This document shows, piece after piece, positions 49,001-62,100 of a stretch of DNA of 64,000 nucleotides (position 1 is the first letter of the stretch; each line of letters starts with the position of its first letter). The stretch comes from Lytechinus variegatus. Lineage: Eukaryota. Under the pieces are notes generated by a model. It was not told where the DNA came from. It saw only the letters and a list, made by a program, of their open reading frames with translations, and did no database searches. A program made the position numbers and the translations under genes. Location: positions 28,513,438-28,577,437 of the forward strand of contig NC_054751.1 of the NCBI RefSeq assembly GCF_018143015.1. Reading direction: 5' to 3'.

Positions 49001-49631
49001 CATAGCTTATTAGCTAGGGTAATATAAGCGCACCTTGAGCACCTATCAAGGTGGATATGAGTGCAATGTGAATATCCTTATGTTATTTATATTATATTAT
49101 ATGGCTCAGAATGGAATACCAGAAATATTCCAGGAGTTTGGGAATATTGGCCCTAACTGGGTGGCATATTTCTGGTATTTCATGAAATAAAACCATCCAA
49201 TTTAATTATTATCCTCAATCACACCCCCCCTCAAAAAAAAGAGGGAGAAATTTGATTTAACAAGTCGTACTACTTATCTCGTCACTTCATATGACCAATT
49301 TAGGTCGTTGATGTACTTCATTATGACGTCATTGAACGTAATTGTGATGTATGCTGCGCATCACATTGCTTTCATTGTTGTACTCGTATATTTCACGCAT
49401 TTGCGCATGCGCACTGGACTCTTGAATATGGTCTCATAATCAACGGCAAATTTTGTATACGAGCCTATGGGATATTCGTCGGATTTCGGTCCTTTTAATA
49501 GACATACGCTCTGATATTGCACTGGCTATTGATGCAGACCAAAATACACGTTTTTAATGTATCGCTAAAATGCTCCATATAGATGATAATATTATTTATC
49601 CAATGAGGACATTCTTTTTCTTTGTCTCTAG

Positions 49632-49790
49632 GAGAATGTCTGCAATGAGGCCGATGCGGACAGTGTTGCTGGAACCCAATCGTTTTGTGACATGTATACT
49701 ACCCTCCCTGACAAGCTTAGCAAAACAATGTCGAAGAACCTCAGTATTCCCATTGCGTTTGTGTGTCTTCTTCATCTCTGCAATGAAAAG
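49632..49790 (+). CDS. NCAPH: NCAPH exon 16 ([53 protein letters not shown])
   Basis: Acceptor tgtctctag| and donor |gtatgt. Matches human [21 protein letters not shown]. Confidence 0.9.
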
Positions 49791-49837
49791 GTATGTAGCA
49801 GCTTGATAGGTAATGATCACTTCGTGAAAATGATAAA

Positions 49838-50311
49838 GACCAACAATATCTTTTCTCTCTTTCCATTCTTATGTCCAGAGTCTAAGATTGTCCGTACAGG
49901 CCAATATACTGAATAATAAATGTCTGTAGAGGTCGATGTGATAAATAATAATAAAGATCGAGAATATAACTTTCTCCCTTCTCTCTTTCTATTCTTATTC
50001 CCAGAGACTAGGCAGGTGTTTCTTAAAGCCCTTCGTAAAGTAAAGCATGACTGAAACATGTTCTTAGTTAAGTCAGCTACATAGGGATAAACCATTTAAC
50101 ACAAGAAATGGTCACCAGGCGTATGTTGTCATTAGTTAACCTTTGTGAAATACCTGTCAGGATTATCTGTGCAAGCTGATGTAATAAAAATTGATGAAGA
50201 CCAACAACATGACTTGGCCCCTTCTCTCTTTCTTTCCATTGTTATTTCCAGAGTCTGAGATTGTCTGTCCAGGCCGATAGCTTTGAGGATCTTCTTATCA
50301 CTCAGGATTAA
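49838..50311 (+). repeat. NCAPH: Triplication of the terminal-exon region. Each unit has a polypyrimidine tract, a CCAG|AG acceptor and an exon-like start AG.CT.AG...
   Basis: Candidate acceptors at 49877/49878, 50003/50004 and 50250/50251. Copy 1 would encode SLRLSVQANILNNKCL*, copy 2 RLGRCFLKPFVK*, and copy 3 SLRLSVQADSFEDLLITQD*, which matches the orthologue. Confidence 0.7.
50252..50311 (+). CDS. NCAPH: NCAPH terminal exon 17 (SLRLSVQADSFEDLLITQD*)
   Basis: Acceptor gttatttccag|. Matches the human C-terminus NLKLEGTEDLSDVLVRQGD*. This is the third of three tandem exon-like copies and the one that best matches the orthologue. Stop codon TAA at 50309-50311. Confidence 0.75.
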   Translation, partial: SLRLSVQADSFEDLLITQD

Positions 50312-50469
50312 AAGCCAGCCACGTCAGCCTTTCAACAGTATTTCAGATCCAGTCAAATGAAATAGACCAGGGAGTGTTTCACATAGATTTAAAAGCTTCA
50401 CAACCAACAAGATATTATGACTTGACCAGTTTTTTAAAAGGAGAGTGAAACACGTAACCTTATATAGCC

Positions 50470-51125
50470 CAGGATATTTTGAAATTGCATAGCCCGGGGG
50501 TGGGGGGCAAAAACAGCCCCCCCCCCAGATATTGGCTTTGATCGTGGAATCGCAACGAAAATTGGCACGCACGTCACCCATGATGTAATCTCTGCCATTT
50601 GATTGTCAATTGTACCAAAATTATTCAAAGTTATTTTTGATTAATTGATTATGCCAATTAAAGCAAAAAGTCATAATTTGTTTGTTAATCTTTAAATATT
50701 CCTTCCATCCGCTAGAATTTAGTCTGAACACTTTTTAGGATTATTATCAAATGTATATTAGAAAATGGCAATATAAAAAAAAAATTTCTGTGTGTTTTAG
50801 ACTTTATGTTTTTCATTGTTTTTGCAGTGGAAATCGGCAACTTTATTTCAGTCATAAATAACATGAAATCTTTTGCTTTTAATCAGTAAAAGTAAAAAAA
50901 ATGATGCTTTTATAAATTTTTTACATACAGAATTTGAACTGGATTTGTACATGAATTACGTTTTTGAGCAATTTGGGTCTGACGTGCACTTACAAAACAA
51001 AAGAAAATAGTCATGAAATGTCATGGCGCGATCTTTTTGCATTACAAATTTGTTTTGATAAATATAAAGGGGGCTGTTTTTGCCCTCCCCCTGGCTGGAT
51101 AGGGTTAAAGCTAGTGAATTGTACA
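50470..51125. repeat. Foldback-type inverted repeat pair (gggggcaaaaacagcccccccc ... ggggctgtttttgccctcccc), about 600 bp apart, immediately downstream of the NCAPH stop
   Basis: Inverted segments at 50495-50530 and 51060-51100. Confidence 0.45.
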
Positions 51126-51920
51126 AAAACTAAAAAAGAAACAGATCTTTTAAAAGCTGAGATTTTGTAGATGATGTCAGGGACAACGTGCGTGACAATA
51201 TTCAGCACAATCGACAGCTGAGATCATGAGGGAGGAGGGCTTTATAAACTGGAAATAGCCGAGACTAGTTAGGGTTAATCTTCCCATCCAAAGATGCATC
51301 TGCAGAGGAATCGTCTAATGGGGCATTACAAGAAAACTGATCAATTCGTTCAATTAATCGGTTGCAGCGAACAGGCCGAATTTCTAACTTTGAGGTCGAC
51401 ATCGCACACAGTCGTAGTACTCTAATGAGACTGTGATGCTTCAAAAATGAAGACCACATGTCGTGAATGCACTGTTAACGGACTAAATAATGCAACGAAA
51501 TATGCGGAAAAACTTCTCTCCCACCTGCATTGAACATCATATCTGGGGAGCGTTTAATGAAAGGACTTGTTGGATGTTTTATCCAACAAGTCCTGTTTTA
51601 TCAAACAGTTACTATAGTAACAGTGCTTCTCAACCAATCAGAACCCAGGAAAGTTGTCAGATCTGACAAATTGTCGGACGAAAATATTGATGAAACGCCC
51701 CCCTGGTCGAGCCATGTCGGCCAGCGCTGAATAATCGCATGCATGGAAGTACTAGCATGCTCAAAAGATGTCAACATTCTCCCATGATGCATTGCCAATT
51801 TAGCCTGTCCATTGCAACCGATAGATTGCGCACCGTATTGTGAATCCACCGAAGGTTTAGTTTGGGTCTCAAAATCAATCAAATGCCTGCAATTAGTTGC
51901 AAATTCGCACTTTGATTCCT

Positions 51921-52052
51921 GGGCCCTGTAGCACAAAGCTTAGCAATGATCTTAGAACATTTTTCTTTGATTGATTCCATTAACTACAATGTACAATCAA
52001 TCTTAAAAATCAAGTGTATGGATCAATTGCTAACCTTTGTGTTACAGGACCC
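51921..52052. mobile_element. 132-bp MITE (TIR GGGCCCTGTAGCACAAAG...CTTTGTGTTACAGGACCC)
   Basis: Terminal inverted repeats of about 18 bp. Confidence 0.5.
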
Positions 52053-52275
52053 TGATCTGCTTCTTGCAACAAGAAATTCAATTAAATTCCCATAGCTAAA
52101 ATTGATCTACATGTATCAATTGTAAAATAATTCAACAGAATGTTTGCAAATGATTGCAAAATATTCCATTGCTACTCCCCTTTCACTGTAATTATTCTGC
52201 CCAGACAGCTATCCTTGTATATAGACTAAATTCTAAAAATTCAATTTCCCTTCCTTTATGGCCTTTCATCAATCT

Positions 52276-52540
52276 GGGCCCTGTCTTACAAAGAGTTGTG
52301 ATTGATCCGATCAATCGCAAGTATGGAAAGCAAGCCAAGTCAACATATAAAATGCATGTTTCTTAAAAAAAGATAGGAATGTACATCCATAAATTCATCA
52401 ATTTCTTGACAATTTGGTGTGTTCTCCTTTGTTTACAAAGGCCATTTTGCAAATTTCCTATAGAAAAAGTTATGACACTGATGGATTTCCATAGAGTTGA
52501 GATTTATTGGATCAGTCGCAATTCTCTCTTAGACTCTTGG
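52276..52540. mobile_element. Copy of the GGGCCCTGTCTTACAAAGAGTTG MITE family (right TIR degenerate)
   Basis: 5' end and internal segment (tgcaaatttcct.tagaaaaa.ttatgacactgatggatttcca) match 31427-31693. Confidence 0.5.
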
Positions 52541-53939
52541 TGAGTGTTTAATGAAGCTTTGCATAAGTTAGGAGTAACTTTATGAACAACTGGTGACCAT
52601 TTTCTTGTTGTAAATGGCATACACCAAATTTTTGCAAGTGTTGATATAGTTCATAAGAAAGGGTCACCAGTTCTACAGTCTTTATGAAGCACCCACGGGG
52701 GGGGGGGGGAGTTTCGAAAAGATATAAGTATGTCTTAGAATCGCACTGAAACGCCGACGCATACATGATATGCATGTCATGTCTTTTCTACTGCATGCAA
52801 CTAGACATTTAAGGGCGACTCTAGGTCATACTTAAATCTTTTTTAACACCCCCCTTCCCAGATCTTGTAAGTTTTCGGAAACTGTTATTACTTACAATGG
52901 ATTAGCCCTATCCATCTTGCCGATGTGCAGGTCAAAATTCAAAAATAGATTGGAAATACATTGGAATGCCAGTCAATATCTAAAATATGTATATTGTAAA
53001 AATCCATTTATTTAACAGTATTTGAGAGAAATTGACTTATTTCCATACTTATTGTTTTATATATTTTTACTTATGGTGTATATAAGCTAGAATATTGTGC
53101 CTTGTCATTTTTATATTGTAAATTATGTATTGCTTACCAGTAATGTGGCTCTAGATGGCTCTTTCATGAAAATTAGGGGGGGGGGTCCTAGCAATAAACA
53201 AATCTTCAGGGTCATCAAATTTAGATTTTAAAAAATATATATAAAGGGGGCGGGAGATGGATCGGGAACTTGATTTAATATGAATGAATATATCCAATCG
53301 CAAACAGTCTCAAATTCCGGACTGTATTTTAAGAAATATCTTGTTTAAAAGTACTTCCAAACTTTTGTTCTCTAACCAAGATTTTTACACCCTAATAAAG
53401 TTAAAAACAAAAACAATTTGATAAACAAGCTCGGGTATCACATGATTTGTTGGTAAATGTAAATTATTTCACATCAGTGCTAATTTTGCCATTTCAGTGA
53501 CAAATTCTTTGCCTGTTAATGCCATGATTTATGAACAATCCTTAAGAAAAACAACTGAGTAACAATATTCAGTAAACCTCAATTTGATTTTTTTTTGGGG
53601 GAGGCAAAAGACAAATTAGAGAACTTGGTGTACACCACTGTATAATGAAAGTTATAAGTACTTTGTAAAGATAAGAATTATGTTTTTCAGGAATTTAGAA
53701 TTTTGATTTTCAGCCCAATTTTCATGCTACATGTGGATATGGAATACATAGAATTGTACTGACCTCTGATTCTCTATATGAAATAAAATGTAAATAATAT
53801 AGCATCAATTGATCGATTCTTGTTTTTATTTCAAATTGCCTTCGTTTTTCTTTTTACTCTTATTATGCGATATATTTCTATTTGAGGACTAGTCAGTGAT
53901 TTGAAAGTCTGAATATTACCACTTTTTGAAAGCTTCTTA

Positions 53940-54590
53940 GAAGATATATTTTCTTCATCTCCTTTTCTCTCCATCTTCCCACCTGTCTTCATCTTCTATC
54001 CTCTCTTTCCTTCCTTTATCTTCTATCCTCCATCTTCTTTCATCTCTCTTCATCTTATTTTATCTCTTATCCTCTCTTCATCTTCCTTCATCTCTTTCTT
54101 TATCTTCTATCCTCTCCATCTTTCCATCTTTCTTCCATTTTTCTCCATCTTTTTTCCCTCTCCTCATTTTCCTTCATCTCTTTCCTTTCTTTATCTTCTA
54201 TCCTCTCTTCATTTTCCTTCATCTCTTTCCTTTCTTTATCTTCTATCCTCTCTTCATTTTCCTTCATCTATTCCCTTTCTTTACCTTTTGTCCCTTCATC
54301 TCTTTCCTTTATTTTCAATCCTTTCTTTATCTTCCATTCTCTCTTCATCTCTTTCCTCTCTTTATCTCATCTCTTTTCTTTCTATATCTTTTTTCCTCTC
54401 CATCTTCCTTCATCTCTTTTCTCTATCTCTCATCCTCTTTCTCCCCTCTTTCCGTCTCTCTCTTCATCCTCTATTCTCCTTCCCTTCCTTCTACTTTTTA
54501 TCTTCCTTTGTTTCTTCCTTTCTTCATCTTTCCAACTCTTCCTCTCCTCTCTCCCTCTATCTCTTCTTGTTTTCATCTTCTCTGCCCCCC
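53940..54590. repeat. Pyrimidine-rich (CT) satellite, about 45-50-bp units (ccttcatctctttcctttctttatcttctatcctctcttcatttt)
   Basis: Repeated units read directly. Gives the low-complexity ORF 54288..54629. Confidence 0.75.
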
Positions 54591-57194
54591 AGTGCTCATT
54601 TCAACAATAGACACAAACAAACAAATTGAGGTAGAGACAATGGCATGGTGTTTTACAAGTGTCTGTGTTTAAAAGTGAGAGATCTTCCTGAATATCTTCC
54701 CTCCATCAAAATATATGAGATACTAAACCTAGCTAAAAGAAACCCTACAATCAGAGCAATTTAAATCCTCTTTGCATTTCTATAAACCTAAGAATCAGCA
54801 AGTTTTGTTTGAAAATGGACAATATAAAAATGGTTCCATTTTGAATTGCATGATGATAAAGAGAATGGAAAAAACTAGTGTTGAAATAAATTATGTTTAA
54901 AAGCATGGTCATTGGCATATATTTGGCAAGGAAATACCCAGAATAGTATTACAGAATAACAATCTAATGAATTAATTGAATACTCCTTGTATGCTAGATA
55001 ATTACTACATAAGAGGACATAACAAAAAAGAGCATCTCATTTCTTAGAAAAAAATGGAGCATGAAGTTAAAATGTTTGCTGAAATGTTCATTATAAATAT
55101 TTCATACATGAAATTAAGACGTTAGAGTTCATAATCTTTTTTCTCCCTTCTTTTCTTTCTCCCTCTCTTTCTCTGTACTTGACATAATATGGAAATCAAA
55201 TGTCATTTATATGAATTCATAGTACAATTTGGTTTCATTTTGGATTTCTAAAATTCACATTAAATAATTATTAACATGATCTAATACTCTAAATCAAATC
55301 ATTAAAATGGTTATCATGATTTTTCTCAACATTATAACATCAGTGGCGGCTCTCGTTAATTAACCCTCGTTTTCGTGAAAAAAGGCAATGCACATATATT
55401 CGTAATATACACAATACACAAAGTGCAAACAATTAACCATAAAACTGGAAATCAATGCACACAAATATACATATCAGAATGTCAGGGAGATGTTGATGAA
55501 AATATGCATGATAATCAATTCAACCCTTTAACACATGTGGTATCTTTTTGAAGGGCGATTACAGATATAATTCAATTCAATGAAGGCATTAGTATGAAAT
55601 ATCCACTCAAAGTACATTTGAAAGGGTGTAAGTATTGTCAAAGTCACAAAGATGAAACCAACTCCAGATCAAATTCATATTTATTATTTCCAATGACATG
55701 TGGTCAGTTTCATTGCTATGATTGTACATGTAGCAAATCCAAGGCAGAACCGAGATTGTTTGGACTAGTCCTTCAAAAGATAATGAGTGTGGGTCACTTT
55801 ACTGGGACCAGTTTCATAGAGCTGGTTATTACAAATAATGCACAGCTTAACAGAAGACTGGTACCATTACTTGTCTTGACGGAGATTCCCTGAAATCAGC
55901 CATTATGACTAATGTGGGAGTACATGTCCCTGTAACCGTAATCAAACTCTGACTATATTGAATTTCACCTATGGATGACCGATCAACATGAGAATTTTAA
56001 TCTGCAAAGTTTTGATCTTGACTGGAGCTAATGAGAACTGATCTAGCACCAAAGAAAGGGTCACAAGTCGGGCATTAAGTTGTGAGAAGCATAGAAACAG
56101 CTTTATGAAACCTGCCCCAACGCCCTAACAAATAAGGTGAATACATGTTTGTTTAATACAGTGACGGCAAAGTTTCTTGATAAATCAATCTCATTACAGA
56201 TTTACTTCATGTTTCCCTACGTAAATAGATTTTTTTGTAATTTTCATTTTACTTCTTAGGGATGATAATTGATGATTGTATTGTTTGCAACAAAGTGCAT
56301 CACAATTTGACCAGTACGCAAACCATTACAATATTTTGTGATTTCTACAAAAAGACGATACATTACATCATAAAGCTATGTGAAAATAACTGGAGTCTAT
56401 TGAACACTTCGATCACAATTACACTAATTCAATATGAATGTAAGTTAATTTCACAGAAAACACAAACGGAAATATGAGCTTCAATTCCAAAGAGCACCCA
56501 CTCAGACATTCTGACCATAAAATTCAATAAAGTAATGTTGAGTGTTCTTCATACATAGTTAAGAACTAGGACAAAATGTTCATGCAGTAGGCATCCTTTT
56601 TTCCTTTAAATATCAAATGCAAAAATTGTGGATGTAGCAGATAAGTCTCAATATACTTAATTTCCACATATTTCATTCCAGCTTCAAGTTTAAGAAGGTT
56701 GAAATTTTCAGAACTTGAAAGGCATGAGAATTGTGATAATTCTTAAAACTAACCAGTGTGTTATATATTTGTATTAGTATTACTTGAGATGAATAAGGGA
56801 TTTTTAAAATATCTTTTTATTTCCATTTTTTTTTAGTGAGATCCTCAAAAGAGGTACAGCTCAAACATGATCTAAAATGAGAGCAAAAGTATCCTGATCT
56901 ACATAAGTGTCACAGAAGTGACTTTTCTCCCCAAACATATTCACCTTGGTAAAATATATTCCAGCTCTAAAGTGGATCAACAGTTATCCAGTATTACTGT
57001 TAACAATAATGGTGCATATCAAATAAATATTGCACTCAAATATCACAAGTGATTGGGTGCTTGCCTGACACTTCTTAACCAGAAAGGCAACATTACACTT
57101 AGATGACAGGGAAAGGTGTCATTACTTTGAGCAACCATTGTTGAGAGCTCTTACAAGACAAATCACTTTGGGACCACATAATTCAGGACCCCGT

Positions 57195-57340
57195 CTTACA
57201 AAGAGTTGCCATTGGACTGTGTTCGAATCCCACCATGGCCTAGCGCCCTTTGGCAAGGCGCCAATCCACACTTTGCCACTCTCACCCAGGTGCTAATCGG
57301 GTACCGGTAAGAAACAACCATCATTGTGGTTGGTTTAGCA
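57195..57340 (+). mobile_element. Related SINE copy (ttcgaatcccaccatggc...ctcacccaggtgctaatcgggtaccggtaagaaa)
   Basis: T-arm-like box and body show similarity to the SINE family above. Overlaps the unsupported ORF 57196..57621. Confidence 0.4.
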
Positions 57341-58928
57341 AGTTTCCTCCTGAACTTTGCTTGTGCTGAACGTATACCAACGGATATTCTAACAATAAAG
57401 TCTTTGATACCAATAAGAACTTTGTTATGCCCTCTCATTGTCCGAATGGTAGATTTATTAATGGTGCATGTCATACCGCATTGTTTGACAAAATAAGTTT
57501 GTCTCAAACAAAGCACACTGTCAATAAAAGTGTATGGGTGCAAAATCTCAAGATTATAAACAACATTTTCATTCGGTCCCATCAAGGGGGGGGGTTCTAC
57601 CTCACTGTGACACTGTTTCATTTTTTTGCAAGCTTAAGGTGTACTTGCCATGTACTCGCTCTTGACTTAATTGTGCAACAATCACAAGGTGCAACATGTA
57701 ACTTTTCCTTCTCAATTTTTCCTGAAACCTTTCTTGAAATTAACTGGGTTTCCCATTTTATCTACAGCTTTTTATCTTTCCTTGATTAAAACGATCAAAA
57801 GTATACCGATCATCGCGTGCCGTGGATTTGAATGCGTTACTGTGCAAATGTTGTGCTTTTATCTACATTGCAAAATACACATTAAGAATATTAAAATACC
57901 TACTTAAAGATGTTGATAATTCAATTCAGGTCCACCAATATAAAATGCAGCTTGCTTGATTTGACAAGATCAGACTTCAACTCATGATTCACCGCTTATG
58001 ATAATAAATATGCAAGAAAGAAACTTGTTTTTAGGTCAATAATATCACTTGTCAGTTTGCATATTCACAATATGTGATTGATAAAACTACATGTATGTTC
58101 TTTCAAACTTTAGGCAAGTGTACAAAAATGACTGCAAGTCAACCCATTGTGTAAGTGCATTTTTTCATTTTCACTATAGTCATCAAACACCAAATATCAA
58201 AATAAGTCCAAACAAATAAAGATCACAAATATTCTACCCAAAACATACCACCAAAGATACATATTTGTCACATGGTTACTCTGTCACCTTCTCCCTTGAG
58301 GCGAAGAAGAAAGGTGAACATTATAAAACACAGATTTTCTCTTGTTGAAAACAGCGGAATGATTCATTCATTTGCATTTACACTGAGAAAAATATCACAC
58401 GTTTACCTATATCATTAGATAAAAACACATATTTGTCAAATCATCGTCGATCCACCGAGATAGTGATTTCATTTTCTAATCAATATATCTATACAATTAT
58501 GAGGCACATTCCATTCATTGTACATTTCATCAATCATAATCCAGCAGTCCATTTCACAATATATGAAACATTGTAATAAATTCATTCACACTAGACGTTT
58601 TTCAAAATGCAAGCACAATTTTTCGACCTTAACAAAATCACATTTCATTTCTACCTGTAAGTAAGAATGCGTCCTATGAATAATCTACCCACGATTACTA
58701 CGATTGAGTTGGTTCACTTTATTTCTAACTGTAAATAAGAATGCGTCTTATGAATAGCATACCCACGATTACTACGGTGAGTTGGTTTAAGATTTGCCTA
58801 TCTGTGCACCTGTACAAATAATACAAAATGAGAAAGGCCCCTTATAATAAATCTCTGCGATTGATTGTAGGCCGATATTTACGATTGATCATAAACACCA
58901 TGCTATGCAATCAATCATAGAAATCAGA

Positions 58929-59146
58929 CCAGGGGGTGTTTCACAAAGATTTAAGCATGACTTAAGTCGCACTTAAATGCCGACGCGTACATAATATGCA
59001 ACGCGCGATCTTATTGATAGATACGCATTAGTGCGCGTCCTCATGACACGATCTGACCAATGCGGTCAAGCCTTTCATACCGTACGCAATGCAGTATTTA
59101 AGTGTGACTCTAAGTCATACTTAAATCTTTGGGAAACACCCCCTTG
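58929..59146. mobile_element. 218-bp MITE (TIR CCAGGGGGTGTTTCACAAAGATTTAAG...). A related copy is at 52686-52856 and a fragment at about 50350-50400.
   Basis: About 27-bp TIRs. An internal gacgcgtacataatatgcaacgcgcg segment is shared with 52686-52856. Confidence 0.55.
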
Positions 59147-62100
59147 GAATCAATTGTTAAGAATTATGCTACGGGGCCTGCAGTTCAAATCCAACTTTTC
59201 TTGCATTTAAAATAACCAGTTGCCTTTTTAACTATAAAAAAAAAGAATTGAGTTTAGTCTCCATATGTAAAGGTAAATTGATTTTCTTCCTTTCCAGTTT
59301 CACATGTTCTTCCTCATGAGATCACATACATGTTATACACATATGTCAGTATCAACTTGAAGATAAACAGAATTTACAGAAGTAGTTGAAAAGTATTTAA
59401 ATAATCATTTTGAGTTTTTATACAGTTCTTTCCATGATTTTTAGAAGGATGTCACAATAAAAACGGTTCCCTGCAAATGGTTACTCTTTGAATGCCCTTA
59501 TAATGAACATATAACAGTTGACAGCTGAAATTGTTGAGCTGATAATTTGGCATAGTCCCACATGTGACTACATGTGTGCAGTGCCCATCCACTTAGGAAG
59601 AATGGCGTCGACTTATTATCATTTTGGCAATAACATTGCTTTACAGCAAGCACCAGTAACGGTGCATTCGAGACGGTCATTCAAAATCACTATGATGCAC
59701 CTCCCTCCATCATTCACATTCTTAACCAGAAAGAAATGTTATCTTTTTATCAATGCATACTCCATCATGAGATATTTTCTGGATATTGATTTCCTTTGTG
59801 AATGAATTCTTAAAATATTGAATGCAATGATGGTCTCTTCCAGGAGAAAGTGTGCAGAGAGAGAAGGAAAGAAAACAAAGAGAGAAAGGTGAAATTACAG
59901 ATAGGTCATTACCAAGAGAAAATTGATTGAAAGAGAAACTTCCATTAATGTCTTACGTCAGAGATTACGACAGACAATAGGTTACTTTTTAAAGTCAATA
60001 CAGGCTCAACAGCAAATCACATTTTTCATTAAAAAAAAACACAGGATTGAGGTTATCATAAAAGTGAAAATGATTATAAATAGTCCATGTGAATATCAAT
60101 GTAGCAATACAATCGCAAGAGTAAGCACATGGATTGCACGAGTTGTTTGTGAAAAAAAAAACATTGCACATGATGAACAAAAGTCAAAACACTTCAAAGA
60201 GTTTCACTAAGACAAGGAAATAGTAATGCACAACACAATTATACTACTAATAATGACAATTCTCACACAAACAATGTCTGCTATATAAATTAAGATACAG
60301 TTCACTTCCTTGTGATATTTTTGAGAAACAAATGTAAAGGCGGAAATACACTGAATACCTCTTTATGAAAAGGAATATATGTAAAATATGATCTTTAAAA
60401 TTCATCAAGCATTTGTATTCAAGAATAAAGATTAAGAGTCAGAGAGTAATCAACCCTGGAGAGATTTGATTTCCTCCTGAACTTTTAGAGAAGAAAAGGG
60501 AGAGCGGTCAAACGGTCAGTTTTCACAAGCAAAGAAACAATTTGCAATGGAATGTAAGTCTAAAGGTCAAACACACACCTTACGACTGAGCTGTGATACA
60601 ATTTTGGAAGAAATCTCACATTACCTATTCCCCATAAAAATAATCAAATATAATCTTCCTTTTTGAGGCACAAAATGACTGAGAATGCATTAATATTGAT
60701 ATTTTGGGTAAAGTGACTTTTACTTGGAGTTCAGCGCCTTGAGCATTTAATCAAAATGGAAAAGGCGCTATATATATCATATATATCATTATTCAGTATA
60801 TATTATTATTCAGTCCAAACTGGTTTAAAATGTAACCAATTAGATGATTGCTGACATTGTTATCATTACACATGTTGTACATGTATATCAAACTTCTTTT
60901 TATTCTTATAAAAAGAGTAGTTAATTGTCATAAATATGACCTGAAATACTCTTATGATAATCTAGAATTTGGCCAAGTTAAGATCAAAGTATCAATGTTC
61001 ATATCAAAATGTACATTTCATTTCAAAATTGGGTTGCAGACCAATAATAAGGTGTGTGGTCACTTTAAGAGACAATTGCAAAGTCTACTACCGGTACTTA
61101 TCGATCATGTTTTACCATTTTAAAACAAACAAATCTTCAGTTTTGGAAATGTCGCCAAACCTAAATATGGGACTTAGTTCACATGAAAACTTGTGTTTTG
61201 GCTAGAGATTGGGGTAAGTTTATCGAAGATTTTTATCAGATAGTGGTTTGACAACATTCTTTTCATTAAGCTGAATAAACATGTATATACTCAATTCAAT
61301 GTGAAATGATGCATTTACCAGTGTGTTGGATCGGTTTATCCAAAAGTAAAAATATAAAAAACCAGGATTAGTGGGATGGGATTTGAACCCATCACCTGCT
61401 GCTTAATGCGCAGTTTCTTGGACCATGACAAGATAGAAGCAAATACATGTCCCCCAGTCAAAAATTAAAGCAAACGAAAGTAACTGAAGCATACATGTAC
61501 ATGTGCATAAAACCCTGTATTAAAGACTGGGTTCACGTCCATGATTATGGATATATTATACATTTTTTTAAGTTTAAAAAAGATTCACCATTACACGAAA
61601 CATGATTGGATATGTTGGTACAGTCAAAAACCAACATCTAACCAAGATATTTAGACTATAGAGTGTATCATAAAAAGGAACTTTAAATATGAAACACATC
61701 AGTAACAAAATCAGTAGATAAAATACAAATTGCACATGGCAAATGAGTATCTTGAGACATGATCACGGGGGTAGAAAGACAAGATGATGAGCTGTAAACA
61801 CAATATAATACAATTGCACAGAATAATTCTAACCCGTGATGCATCGTGCAAAACGATTTAAAAATCATACCAAATGTAAAAATAACCAAAATAATATGAC
61901 TTCAGGCCATCAAGATAGAGTCAAGTATAAACTGGGTTGGTGAGTATAATTTCCCAATGAGACTGAAAACTTAGAAGCATAAATATTACACTTTGTGTGG
62001 GCTTAGGGCAAGACTGCAAGACTAATCCCAATTTCAACCAGAGGGCAAATTATACATATAAATAATCATGGTATATTGCACAATGTTCCTAATGAGTACT

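Larger units (their letters stand above)
9446..50311 (+). other. NCAPH: Gene span (ATG to stop) of condensin complex subunit 2 (NCAPH/CAP-H/Barren homologue). 17 coding exons; CDS 2190 nt, 729 aa.
   Basis: Spliced translation aligns end-to-end with human NCAPH (741 aa). Matching blocks include FAENDDAAEKRQRRHSRV~PQNDDEKERLQRRRSRV, HYSNCIKLSAEN~[27 protein letters not shown]~[45 protein letters not shown]~[41 protein letters not shown]~[18 protein letters not shown]...WAGPQHWKLKP~GEYSYF...[21 protein letters not shown]~EDDIDFDVYF, DGYDYNNENDCANFCP~[37 protein letters not shown]~[39 protein letters not shown]~[18 protein letters not shown]. All intron phases are consistent. Confidence 0.9.

Noticed and set aside
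57196-57621. 141-aa minus-strand ORF
   Set aside because: I recognise no homology. It overlaps a SINE and MITE terminus and has no supporting splice-site context. It is probably spurious.
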